From the NCBI GenBank assembly GCA_013265495.1, contig MU058781.1, positions 10,893,009 through 10,957,008 on the forward strand: a stretch of DNA of 64,000 bases, read 5' to 3'. Shown piece by piece: positions 12,311 through 25,340 of the stretch. The translations under genes and the position numbers were made by a program. The notes under the pieces are model-generated. The model searched no databases and had not been told where the DNA came from. It saw nothing but the letters and a program-made list of their open reading frames with translations. Each line of letters starts with the position of its first letter. Position 1 is the stretch's first letter. This stretch comes from Vicugna vicugna. Taxonomy: Eukaryota.

Positions 12311-15234
12311 GGACAGGAGATGCAACATGGGGCACCTAATGCATAAAATGGCTTCCTGGAAGGATGGAGCTCAATTTAGAGGAGTAGAGGGCTCCAATCA
12401 TCCCTGTCTCCTTAGAGCCTGGAGAAATCCAGCTGTCAGACTATCTCTCTCTAACACCCTGCATGGTGGTCACCGTGGGCCTAGATAAGAAGGAACCTTT
12501 TGGGGATTGTACTTCTCAGGTACTCAGAAAGCCATGGAGCCTGCTACCAGTTAATTTTTTTTTCTTTTTAAATGCACTGTTTTTTATCGTAAACACTAAA
12601 TTAGGACTCTAGGTTTTATGTCTGGCTGGGCCACAGACTTGCTGTCTTATCCTGAAAGATGAACTTGACCTCTCTGCTTAACTAGCTGCAAAATGACTAT
12701 AATAAGGGTCATCTCTCAGGAGCAGTGTGCAAATTCTCTTGTTGTAATTGCTATATTCCATTCATACAGATGAAAATGCTATCCCAATTACAGATTAAGA
12801 CTAGGTTAGGTGCCAGTAAATCTTAAGCAGGGTAGTGAAGATATTTGTCAAGAATGACTTTCTTAAAGAGATATATATCATCAAATATTTATAGCATTGG
12901 CAAATGCATTTTGAGGACTGCTATCAGTATGATAGCCTCTCTGGAAATAATAACACTTAACAATGATGGAAATTTTTCAAAGTTGCCTCTGAGCCTACTG
13001 ATTTTACTCAAAAACAAAAACAAAATGCAAAACTGTGAAGCAATCTAGGGAAAAAAAGCCACAGGCAAGATGTCAAAGGATATTCCAACTGCCCAAATCA
13101 ATGCTTCCTGCTCAGCTTGGTTAACCATGTAGGTTGGTCATTACCATCTCTTCTTATTATCCTCTCCCCACCAAGCAATTATTTACCAGATGAAACAATC
13201 TCCATTATACATCAAGTAAAAGCATTTGGATGCCCTGTGCTTTGTCTAATTCTCGCCAGGCACAGTTATGAAGGAACAATTTAATATCTGGGCATAGAGT
13301 TCATTTCCAATGGGTTATGAAGGTGCTGCAGAGTCTTAGCCAATAATACAGTGTGGATGATTTTGCTGCAGACCATAGGGAATGATTTATGAATGATGCC
13401 TGCAGAAAAGACCAGGGTTGGCCTTCCAATTAATCAAATTCTAAAGCACCTTAACAAAGAATGCTGTTCTGGTCACTGGAAGCTCATTAGTTGAAGATGA
13501 CCCCCTAGTCTTCAAATAGCCTTAAAAGAAACCGTGTAATGAAAATAATCTATCAGCTAGGAAGTGATGAGGACTATCTTTAAATGAGACAAACCCAGTG
13601 TTACGTTTAACACAAATAAATAAACAAAGTCCACCCTAAATTTGCATAATTTGTGGAGGAATTTTAATATATGTTTATGAAATAAGAAATGACCTCCTCT
13701 AAAGAGATATTAAAACTAAGTAGCCAGTTTCCTAGTGACTTTCCACAACATTACCTGATCTGAGAAGCATTCATTCTTACCTTTTGTTTTAAAAATGAAT
13801 TCTACTGTGGAGAGACAATGCAGATAATCTTTTTGGTTTACTGTGTATATCATAAATGAAATGCAATCCAGAGCATTTTTTAGTTAGCTGGGTGCTGTTA
13901 TTCATCAATGAAGGTGGCAGAGGCAATGCTACAGAGAGACCTGGCAACAGAGCTGCCCACATCAATAACATGGCAATTGTGAACTGTAGCATCCACGTCT
14001 CATCTGGCTTAACCCTAAACATTTTACCCCATGTCCACTTTCTTCTTTTGACCTTCAATACAATAAACTGATACATCATCATCATTGTCTCAAATAACCC
14101 AAGGACCATCCCTGGAGAACACTGGGTCTCTTCGTAGCCATTATTAAACTACATCCAAGCCCTGAGGAGATGATCCCCAAAGTTCTTTTTTATCAGAAGA
14201 AGGTCTGGTACAAATTGCCTAAGTAAGAAGAAGCTCGCAGGGAAAACAGGAGAGTGGTGAAATGTAATGAAGTACCAAACAGCAAAGTCAGCGTTAGTGA
14301 AGACCACCACAATGGCAGACTTCAGGAACTTTGCAGTGCTCCCCCCAGGATACATTTTCTCTTTAGCAGTGATGTCAGATAAACTAAAGCCCTCACTATT
14401 CTTTCAGCATTGAGTGCCTCTGTGAGGAGAGCAACTAAAAGCAGTTTTGGAAAACTATGAAATGAATTGAATCTCAGACTGTTCCTGGGCAATAATCGTA
14501 TCTTTTGTATTACGTTCTATTACAATTAAACAATTCCCCACTGGTGACACATTGAGCTAATATGCTCTTTTACCCATAGGCAGCTGAAGGCTTATGTTAA
14601 ATATCCACTAATGAGGAAGTTTTGCCCTCTTACTGTCACAGTTATTATAATAGTTTAGATAAGATGAACCCATTATGAAAATATTTCACCTCGGAAATTC
14701 CTTCAAAAAAATTCAGTGTTTCCAAATACATTCTCGCAAATTCTCCCCATATTCCATTAGGAAGAATGGGTGGGGTTACTGTCATTCATTTCACATCAAA
14801 GTAAAAGAGGGGTCTGGACTGTTTAGGGCTGATCCAACCACTTTGACAGTATTGCCTGGTCAGTTCAAATGAAGCAAGGGGTTGAATTAACATATATCGG
14901 CCAAATCAACTCTATGTGGCAGCTGTTGGTAAGCCAGGAGTTCTTGTATACACACTGAATTATCAACAGGAACTTTCAAATGTGTGGAGGTTTGGGAAAA
15001 AAAGTGAAAAATCATGAATTTCAACTTAATTATTAGGCTGTATTTGTCTTTTTCCATGACAAAGCAACCAGGTGTTCATTTGAAAAACCCCAGACTCTAT
15101 CACAATTTTTACAGGCTTTGCCACAAGGCAAAATAAAATCCCACTGGTAGCTGATGATTTGCCCAAGGTCATAGAATGTCAACATGGGACACCAAGTGAA
15201 GGAAGATTTTTTTTCACCATGACATAGTATAAAC

Positions 15235-15510
15235 CAGTGTAGTAGAATATGCTGTTTGGCAGCTCAGGTTCTGGAGTCAATATTCCTGGTCTGAAATTCC
15301 ACCACCACTTCTTACAAGCTTTATAACTTTAGACATGTTACTTAGCCTCTCTGTGCCTCAGTTTCCACATCTGTAAATTCGGTATTATAAATGTTTGTTT
15401 CACAGGATTTTATGGATATTAATCCAGTCAGTATTTGTAAATTGTTATGTAGTATCTAGCCTATAGCACACACTCAAAGAAGCTCAATAAATTCAAGTTG
15501 TCACTATTAT
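15235..15510 (+). mobile_element. MIR SINE, near full length
   Basis: 'ttctggagtcaa...gttacttagcctctctgtgcctcagtttccacatctgtaaa...gctcaataaat...ctattatt'. Confidence 0.85.
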
Positions 15511-15670
15511 TCCCTAATCTGGTCAGTCACCAGAATTACCAAGGAACTTTGGAAACTTTCTTACTGCTCCAATCATATTTACTAAATCAGTACATCCGTG
15601 TAACCCAAGAATGTTGTTTAATAAAAATTCTCCAAGTGAGTCTCCTGATCCACTGAGTTATAACACTATT
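15511..15670. mobile_element. Degenerate MER5-like hAT MITE
   Basis: 'tcaccagaattacc...tactaaatcag...cccaagaat...ctccaagtgagtct...taacacta'. Confidence 0.45.
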
Positions 15671-17574
15671 TTAGTACTACCAAATCCTAATAATTACCTC
15701 AAACAGTTACAGACTTCTCAGGAACAATCCATTTGTTCAACACTAATTGCTTTCATATGCATTACTTCACTCATTGGCATTTATTTATATGCATATGTCT
15801 GTCCACTAAATCTAATTTATATTAATTATTCACCATGATGGTTTATTATAATTATTGCCATGTTGCGATAAGAAATTATGTTAAGTGAGCAGACAACATA
15901 TCTTATTGAAACATAAGTACAGTTGATGAGAAATAGACTTAAATTCTAATCTCCCCACCTATGGGATGTTGAGTCACTAATGTTCATTAGTTCTACGATT
16001 TGCCTGCCTTCTTGCTAATGAGATTGCGTCCTTCCCTCTAAATGGTAACTGCTAGCTCATCTAACTATATATAACATATATATTTAAAATGTAAGAAATT
16101 TCATCAGTTGCAATGTATTCAATAATAATTAATTTCTTAGAGAGAGAGATATATAAGGAAAAGTCCTAAAAGCAGAGAAGTGACCTCCTTATTGAAAAAC
16201 TGGGCTTTAAGGTACCAGATAAAATAACAGGCAGTGCTGCTTCCTCAATCTAAGACTTCTTGTTACTCACAGGCCCCAGTCACATTTGCACCACAAATTG
16301 CTTTCCGAAAGTAATAACACAGAAGACAAACATTATTCATTTGGACCTAAAATCTATCGGGGACTTTCAGGGGTTTAGATGCTGTAGCCTGCAGCAGACA
16401 AGATAAGAAATACTTCAATAAAGATGCACTCAAAGGACTGTTTCCCCTTTTACTAGGAGAAAGGATTATATGAAATAGTATCTAAAACTATCTTATAAAA
16501 TTCTTTTAATATGCAGATAGATGCATATAGACAGATGACCACTTTTTTTCCAGACAGACACTATAATTAGAGATCTTATCAGAAGAGTTACCCCTTTCTG
16601 AATATTTTGATGGAAAGAGAATATGTTTAGTATGAAAAACACCTTCTCTCAATCCCTAGGTCCTTCACTGACCCCCTCAAGTGACCCCCTGCAAGGTGAT
16701 TAATCTCTCCTAACCTGAGCATTTTCACATGCAAAACAGGGAATTATGGCAAGGATTAAATCTGATCATATGAAATTGCCTGATTCCTTACTTAATGCAG
16801 AGTAGGCATTCAGTAAGTATAAGAGTTTAAACATTTTCTTCTCTCTGTTAATATTAACCATAATTGAGTGTTGGTTGTTACTGCGTGTGTATAACCTGTC
16901 CTTGCATTTCAGATGAGAAAACTACACCATTTTCCAATACTTTTTATATTTTGTAATTAGTCCTCAACTAAAATTTTCCAGTTACAGTTTTTTTGTTTTT
17001 TTACTACATAAACATGAAATGGTCTGAGAGGACTTATAATTTTGACTGCGTCCAGAACTCACCTAAAACTTCAAAGTTTATTTATTTTTAATCACTAAGA
17101 CTATTTCTGTTTGAAAATGAAAAGGCAGAAGAAGGGATGCCAGAGAAGGGGAGAAGATGAGAGGTGAGGAAAGGAGGAAGGAGAAGAGAAGGAGAGAGGA
17201 ACTGGCAGAAGGTAAAGAGCAGAGAAAGATAAAACATGAATTGTTATACAGTAAAAAAAAAAAATGTATGTTATCTTTTAGACAAAAATGGCACAATTAT
17301 TCAACATCACTGTAGATAAATTCTTTTTTTAATATATTAATCACCAAGCTCTGAAATGAAATAAACATTAACTTCATTCGTTCATTCAACAAATATTAGA
17401 CAGTGCATTAGGGTAAGCATTTGGGTTTTGTAAACACACAGAGAGACAAACATATATGTATATATAATCTGTCCATCAGGAAAAAAACAATGTCTAAAAA
17501 TAATGTGACCATAGAACATAAAATGGCAAATGTCTCACTGTGGTAATTTAGTATACAGAAATTTGAAATCCTGA

Positions 17575-17760
17575 TCTTATGGTAGAAAGAAAGAATTGAG
17601 CTAGAAAGTCACTTAATATGGAAACTGGACTCAAATGTAATGCCAAATAACCACATGAATTTAAGCAAAGTCATTTAAATTTTCTGGCATTTGATCTATC
17701 ATTGTAAAATGAAATGATAATAATACCTCTCCCACCTATGGTGCACTGCACTGGTAGAAA
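17575..17760 (+). mobile_element. MIR SINE fragment
   Basis: 'agcaaagtcatttaaattttctgg...tgtaaaatgaaatgataataatacct'. Confidence 0.6.
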
Positions 17761-17899
17761 AAAAAAGTAAATGAATACCTCACTAGGTTGTTTTGAAAAG
17801 GAAACAAATATGTGCAATATTAATATTTATTATAAATTGCTATCAAATATCACATATGTGATATCTCACATATGTAATCACTACCAATAACATATGTAT

Positions 17900-19450
17900 A
17901 TATTACTTTACAGTAGGAATAAATACAAATTAAATAAATAATGAGCCATTCATGTTCCTACATACAAAGATTAAATATCATTAAAAGGTCATTTTTCAAA
18001 TGTTAAAATTTTAAATTGAAAGATAATCATATAGTTTAACATAAGTTCCATAGTTCATGTGGAATGATAAATAGGTGAAAGAAGCTAGCTAATATTTTTT
18101 AAGAAAAGAATACTTAAAATTTATTATGAAATTTTATCATAAAGCACAAACAAGTCAGTTCAATAATGGCTACTTAAATCTGACTCTCAACACACATGCT
18201 CCAAAAAAACTACAGATCAACTGGAGGAAAAAGGATCCCAGATCTTCAGTGTGATTAAAAAAAAATAGAGAACATCACAAACTCATAAATACCTCTGAGC
18301 AGAAAAATAAATAGGAGTTATCAGAGTATCTAGGTTCTGAGACCCCATTCAAAACTTGCAGAGAGCTAGAAGGAATATGGGCAAACTGTGAAGAGTGATG
18401 AGGGAAACAGAAGATATAAGATGAACCTAAAATCTCCTCAGAAGAAGGAAGTCCATTCTAAATCTAAAAATACTGAAAAGAAAAGTCCTAGTATATCAGC
18501 ACATTGACTTCAAGAAAGGGACTCAGAATCATGCAAGACTCGAGTAGGCAGCCTCAAGAGGATTGTTTCTGGAATCAAAAATGATTAAAAAAAAAAAAAA
18601 AGAAAAGTGCTCTTAGGAATCTGAGTAGTGAAGGGAAAAAAAGCAAAAGGCGGAAATGCATGAAGCAGCAAGAAAAAAAGTAACTATAAAATAGGATGAA
18701 TAAATCTCCCCTCTCCTTCCAAAAAGAATAACCCACTGAAAACACAGAACTTTGCTAAACTGAAAGAGGACAGTCTTGAACTACAAATCCATCCACATTT
18801 GCAGAGATGTAAGAAATTATCTTTCATTACAGGATGCTGCAGAAGAGGAAAACAGAACAAAACAAGAAATCAAGATCACAACTTGATACCCGGTAGAAAT
18901 TCCCTCTAAAAGAACCAACCATGAAGAAAACTGAAACACACTACTCTCCAACTCAATTATATATTCCCAAACAAGTATTCTACGGTAAAATAAAAACATG
19001 GGTCAGAAATACAAAAACTAAGACCAAAATAAAAACATGCGTCAGAAATAAAAAAACTAAGACCAAAAGTACAAAAACTAAGACTAAGAAATAAAATTAG
19101 AGCTAATCAAATTCAGGAAAGAAATAGGGATGAAAGCTGCACTTTTAATCAAAGGTTAGAATATGGGTATATAATAACTGGCACTGAGATTAATAGTTAC
19201 ACATGTAAAAACCACGTATAGTTGTATCTCTACTTTACTTCTTATATCGAATAAATCTCAGATGGATTATTATTTTAAGTGTTTATAAATATATATTAAA
19301 AGGAAAGGTATAGAAATTACTTCCTAACTACAAATCCCAATTAAAAGATTGATAGATTTATGTAAAAATGAAGATGTTTATCTAAAAAAGCCATAAATGG
19401 AATTAAAAGTAAGTTATAAACCAGGAAGATGTTTGCAAAACATATATCGA
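17900..19450 (+). mobile_element. Highly decayed L1-like fragments
   Basis: A-rich strand bias with patches such as 'gttcatgtggaa' and 'ataaatctcagatggatta...gaagatgtttgcaaaacatatatc'. Probably several separate pieces. Confidence 0.45.
18987..19084. repeat. 39-bp tandem duplication plus partial third copy
   Basis: aaaataaaaacatgggtcagaaatacaaaaactaagacc (18987-19025) repeated at 19026-19064 with 2 mismatches, then 'tacaaaaactaagac'. Confidence 0.9.
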
Positions 19451-19734
19451 TGTTCCTTCGTATATATCACATCATTGTGTTGGGAGACCACAATAATCAA
19501 GAGTATGTAAACTATGACCTGCTAAATGAGGAAGCACAAACCACTCATCTGGGGTTGGCAAGCAGCTCCCTCAGCATCTGACTCACACTTTGGGCCTAGG
19601 GTTTACCAGTCTGGAGGCAGGTAATGGAAGGTAATTTGAAGAAGGTGATTGAGTTACATTCTTAACCATGAAGAAAAATTAGCTTATCAGAAATTTATGT
19701 ACCAGTTAGTACACATGTCTTGAGTAAAATGTGT

Positions 19735-20020
19735 TCATATCTAGTTACAAGAGATAGTGCTGGAGAAGTAGGCAGGGCCACGTATATTGTTATTGTTAAA
19801 GTGCTTAAACTTTTTCCTGAACACAGACGGAGCTACTAAAAGATTCTTAAGCAGGGGTAATATAACAGGCATCTTAGGAAAAAATCATGCAAGATAATAT
19901 AGAAGATAAGTTACCAGGTTGGGGGCATGTAGCAGACTAGAATAGAGAGCTAGCTATAAAGAGCCAATGACAATAATGCAAGTAAGGAATGATGAGGGGC
20001 AGAATTAAGTCAATGGTGTT
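19735..20020 (-). mobile_element. L2 fragment
   Basis: 'gctggagaagtaggcagggcca...ttcttaagcaggggtaa...caataatgcaagtaaggaatgatgaggg'. Confidence 0.7.
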
Positions 20021-20916
20021 AAAACACAGCATCCTTAGCGATTGTACTGTTGATTCACATTAGTTAAAACCATCATTTAATTCACAAATATTTGGGTCAT
20101 TATGAGGATGCATCACAATAAATCTTCTGTTTTCATAATGTCCATTTAAAAAAGAAAAGGTTAGAATTTTGTTCATGTAGGAGAAACAGAGGGTCTTATG
20201 TAACCAGACTAGAAAAAAATATGGTATGTGGCTTTCCTTAGTCCTCCATGCTGCCCCTTTTTGTAATGAATGAATTTATTTTGTACAGAAACAAATTCAG
20301 TGCTGCTTGTGATACCATCAGTTCAAGTAAAGGAAACCAGTAAGATATGTTTAGCAACACCAAAGGTAACTGCATTTTACGTTTCTCAGTCAGAACAGAA
20401 ATGGAAATTACTTTTGTAAAACTTACAATATTAAAAGCTCGACTGCAAATTGCATATGTATTTTTAAATGAAAATCTTGACACTATTTGATTAACTCTTC
20501 TTAACCCCTTCGTTATTTTTCACCAATATTCATAGTATACATTTATTACATTGTATAAACCACAAGCTTAAAACAGGTAATGGAAAAGAAGAAAAATTAA
20601 CTTGTCTGTTTTACAAACAAATTTGGAAAATAAATAGTGATGGCAGCTACTCAATTTTTAAAGAAACACTGTAAACATATTTTCCAAGATGTGCTTTCAA
20701 TTATTTGCTGTTAGGCATTGTCATAAACATCTGAAACATCTTTTATTTCCTATAACAACAATCAGTGTCTATATTCATACCGTCCTCCTTTAAGTAGACT
20801 TAATCCAATAAATCAAGAAATGATTTGCCTACACCTAACTTGATTCCAACCCATAAATACATGTGGCACACAGAATAAGCTTAAAATGTCCTTTCTTCCC
20901 ATTCCCTTATTCTCAT

Positions 20917-21435
20917 TGTTGACTGTCCCAAATCTGCTTCCAAAACTCCACCAAATCACCTGTTTATCAAGCAAAGTTAAATTTATTAAACCTGCTGCTG
21001 TAAGAGAATAACCTTTACTCAGTAATGTTACAGAACGCTCATGTTAGGAGCAGATTTTTATAGAATTTTTAGATCTGGACTCACATGGTTTAAGGTAGGT
21101 GTTTCAGTGTGGGGCTGGCTCTTACTGGGGTTGGAATAAACTCATAATGCAGTATTTCAGGATGGGTGGACACAGTGAGGTTAGGGTCTTGCAACAAGCC
21201 TTGATGTGTAAATAGTAGTTTGTTAACTGAGTGTTTGCCCACGTAAGCAATCTAGTGTTCTGTGAATGAGCTATTTACCCAGATGAGGAAAGTATTTGCT
21301 CAGATAAATTGGTTTTAGGAAGTTCCCAAAGCACACAGTAAATATGTTTATTGGTTTCATCCTTTTCTTCCTGGGCAAGAATTTCTTGGAACACATATTA
21401 AAGTCATGTTGACCCAGGAGGCCTCAGTGGTCACA
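20917..21435 (-). mobile_element. Probable ERV solo LTR, family unassigned
   Basis: ~520 bp bounded by tg...ca, with an antisense polyA signal ('aaatttatt') near the left end and LTR-like composition. No clean TSD found. Confidence 0.4.
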
Positions 21436-21659
21436 AATATCATGGGCACATTTCTGGAGTTCCTTAGAGGAAAGAGAAGGGTGGCAAACTTCTCTTAATT
21501 CTTAGAACTATTGGGACCTCAGGATACAGAGCAGAATGGTAGTTGCTTCCTCTTGGGCCAACTCCATTTGTCATACTCCACACTTCATGCCACAAATATA
21601 ACAATCAGACATTATAAGACTCAATGTCAAAAGTTATCTAAACACATGAAAATAACAGG

Positions 21660-21961
21660 ATTTCCCATCTCCCTGGAATGTCACTGTCTCCATTATGCCT
21701 AGTAAAAGTCTACATACCTTTCAGATCCTTCACTCCCAGCCCCTAAAACCCTTGTATTGATTACCTTCTCCTCAGTAACTGAATATACTTACGTATCTTC
21801 CACTGAATCTTTATATGTCACTGTAATTATCTGTATCTCTCTCTGACTAGACTTTGAACTCCTTAAGGCAAAACTGTGTCCTATTTATTATTAATTCCCC
21901 AGAAGCTAACACAATAGTAAGTGCTAAATAAATGTCTGTTAACAATGAATGAATGAATGAA
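21660..21961 (+). mobile_element. L2 3' end
   Basis: 'actagactttgaactccttaaggcaaaactgtgtc...gtaagtgctaaataaatgtctgtt...aatgaatgaatgaatgaa', followed by a degenerate (GGAT)n tract to ~22020. Confidence 0.85.
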
Positions 21962-22204
21962 GTTCATAGATGGATAAACAGGTTGATGGGTGGATGGAAG
22001 GACAGATGGACAGATGATTGGAGGGTTTTATGGAGAATTGTAGAAATAGTTTTTCATTTCTTCTTGGGGGAGTGGTAGAGAGATACGGTTCCCAGAACTT
22101 TATCAATGATTGTACAAATTGGTTTTTTAATCTTCTTTTTATTCCACAAATGTTTATTAAATATAACGTACAGGCCAAGAACTGTGCTAATGTTTTCTTC
22201 ACAC

Positions 22205-23830
22205 ATTCTTTTTATTTTTAATTTATGTGTCATTATATTTTAAATGAGTTTCTTGTGTATATCATATGCTTTCATTTTTTTCCTTTAAATCCATTCTGAC
22301 CATTTCTAGTGTGTTTACACTATTTACATTTCATATAATTATTGATATGTTTGGACCAGGGCTACCATTGTGTTATTTGATTTTTGCTTGTTTCTTCACT
22401 GTTTTGCTTACATTTTATTGGGTTATTGAAACATTTATTGTAATCCATTTTAATTTAACTATTGTAATTTTAACTATATCTCTGTGCATAATTTTGTTTA
22501 GTGTTCTCTCTGGGATTTTTTTTACGTAAATTTAGATCAGTATTTTAACATTTCATAAGAAATGTAGAAACACTACCACTATATTTATACTTCCTTTTAT
22601 TCTCCACATTTGCTCTATCCATGACTTCCAGTATGGTGTGGAATAGGAGTAATGAGACAGAACGTCCTTGCTTTCTTCCCAATCTAAGGCAGAAAATATT
22701 GCATCTATAGTCTGTATCAATTTGAGGAAGTACCCTGCTATTTATTCCTAGTTTGCTAAGAGCTTTTTTATCATAAATGTGTTGCATTTTGTCAAATTCT
22801 TTGTGTTAATTGATATTACCCTGTGACTCTTCTTCTTTAGCCTGTTCATTTAATGGATTACATTGATTTTCAAATATTGATCCAAACTGGCTATACATAC
22901 CTAAAGTAAATCCCACCTCGAAGTAACACAGAATTCTTTTAATACATTGTTAGATGTGATTTGCTAATATTTTGCTAAGGATTTTTGCATCCGTGTTCAT
23001 TAGATCTATTTGTTTTTAGTTTTTTCTTTCAAATAATATTTTTTATCTGGTTTTGGTATTAGGATAATGCTGGCTTCATGGACGGAATTGGGAAGTTTTC
23101 CTTCTGTTTCTGTTTTGTGGAGAAGATTGTGGAGAATTGGTATTATTTCCTCCTTAAATGTCTGGCAAGATTCATCAGTGAAACCATCTAGGCCTTGTGA
23201 TTTCCTTTTTTTGGAAATTTAGTAATTATTGATGAAATTTCTTTAATTGATGTAGGGCTATTTAGGTATCTCTTCCTCCTTGTGTGAGTATTGGTGGTTG
23301 TAATCTGTCCACTTAATCTAAGGGATCAAATGATCAAACTTCTAGGCATAGAGCTGTTCATATTATTTCTTTAATATCCTTTGAATGCCCATGGGATCAG
23401 TAGTGATTATTCGTCTTTCATTTCTGATATTGGTAGTGTCTATTTTCTTTTTCCTTTGTTAGTCTGTCTAGAGGATTATCAATTTTGTTGATTATAGTCA
23501 AGAGCCAGTTTTCAGGTTATTGATTTTTTTTTCTATTACTGTTTTCTTGCTTTCAATTTCATTTATTTCTGCTCTATTATTTATTTTTCTCCTGCTTAAG
23601 TTAGGCTTAAGTTGCTCCTATTTCTCTAGTTTCCTAGGTTATTGATTTTAGATCTTTCTTCTTTTCTAATATATGCATTTAATGCTATAAGCTTCTAAGC
23701 ACTGATTTCACTGCATCCCACAATTTTTGATAAGTTATATTTTTATTTTCATTTAGTTCACAATATTTTTATATTTTTCTGAGATTTCTTCGAGTCATGG
23801 CTTATTTAGCATAGATTGTTTCACTTCCAA
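22205..23830 (-). mobile_element. Old L1 (L1M) ORF2 fragments
   Basis: 'tttgctaatattttgctaaggatttttgcatccgtgttcat', 'ggttttggtattaggataatgctggcttcat', 'ttcatcagtgaaaccatctaggcc' are antisense L1 ORF2. Confidence 0.9.
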
Positions 23831-24864
23831 ACACGCCTGTCCATAACATTCTCAAAATGTGTTATCCTTTACCAGAATATAACTCCTCCTTTAAACAAAA
23901 GATCAACCTGTCTTTAATGGCCCCAGATATTCCTTATACTCGTTCTACCTGCCTCAGTTGCCTTAATCCATTCTCTTTTTGTCTAGTATTTCTAAATGTT
24001 TGCAACTCAAAAAATTTTTAATCCCCAGTAACCCTCAAGAGATCTTTAAATCAACCTTATTCACCTAATTTCTCAAGAGGTTCTCCATTTTTCAGGTTCA
24101 TAAGTAACTGAATTCATAGGGCTATTCACCAAACAAATTTTAAGTAGATTATTGTAGTTTCAAAGAACAATTTCCACGCTCCTACCCACCATGGCAGGCT
24201 ATAAGATGTGGTAACCTGGTCCAGCACATTTCCCCAAGGAATGTAAGATACTTTACATGTACCCACAGCATCAGAATTTAGTCCAGAGAATATCAGATGA
24301 GGCAGCGCTAATTCTCTTGTTTGCAGCAGTTATCCCTGCTAGGCAAAGGAGGGAGGTGAGCTTGGTAGGTTTGTTCCATGGCAGGCATTTGCAAGAAACA
24401 GATCTAATAAACCTTGCAGTCTCTGTCCCCCAAGAGACAAGGAATGATTCATGAGCCAATTTTAGGTTGTGCATGTTCCTTTCTGCCTTTCACATTCTTA
24501 AAAACAATGTACCCTTCTGCAGAGAATGGTACACGCTGCCATTTAAGCCCTTTTCCTCTCTCAACACAGTGGAAGGCTAGTGGATGTGGCTTTTCAGGAC
24601 ACTGTACAAAACTATCAGCTGACAAATGACAAACGGATAGAACAAAGATAAAAACTGAATAAAAGGAGAACCTTTTCAACCAAGAGATTCTGAGACAAAG
24701 ATTACTATTCTGGAATTTTAATGAATTGATTTCATCATTGACCCCTGGAAAATGTCAAATTTCACACTTATATGGAAATGGTAGGACACACTGAGGCTTG
24801 TTAGCTGCAGTTTATCACACTGAGACTGCTGTGTTATTGTGCTCGCTCACAAGCTCGCTCTCCT

Positions 24865-24940
24865 GCTCTTGCTCTCTCTCTCTTCCTCCCTCTTCCTCTC
24901 TTTGTCTGTCTGTCTCTCTCTGTCTCTATTTCTCTCTATC

Positions 24941-24972
<32 letters not shown>

Positions 24973-24973
24973 A
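24865..24973. repeat. Compound (CT)n/(CA)n microsatellite
   Basis: Imperfect CT/GT-CT tract followed by a (CA)n run. Confidence 0.9.
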
Positions 24974-25270
24974 CCTTTTTCCCCCATTGGTACTGTCAGA
25001 TCTCATTATTTCCTCTGAAGCACGACAGATGACAACAGAGTTGAAAAATGTGACCAAGTTGGGTTTCAGAAGGGATCCTGTACTAAATTAACGCAAATCT
25101 GAACCAGACAAAGACCCACAATAAGATGCAAATCTGGACACAAGATTTCATTTTTAAGTGTACCAAGTAAGAATGGTTTAAAGAGTCCTTCAAGGAGTTA
25201 TCAAACAGGACCTTGAAATAAGTTAAGCTATCCACTGCCTGATTCCAAATAGCCATTGAAGCCTTACTAT

Positions 25271-25340
25271 ATAATAATACCAACATTAATAATAATAATA
25301 CCAACATTAATAATAATAATAACAATATTATTAATAATAC
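25271..25340. repeat. 21-bp tandem repeat built on (AAT)n
   Basis: ataataataccaacattaata twice exactly (25271-25312), then a degenerate third unit. Confidence 0.9.
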
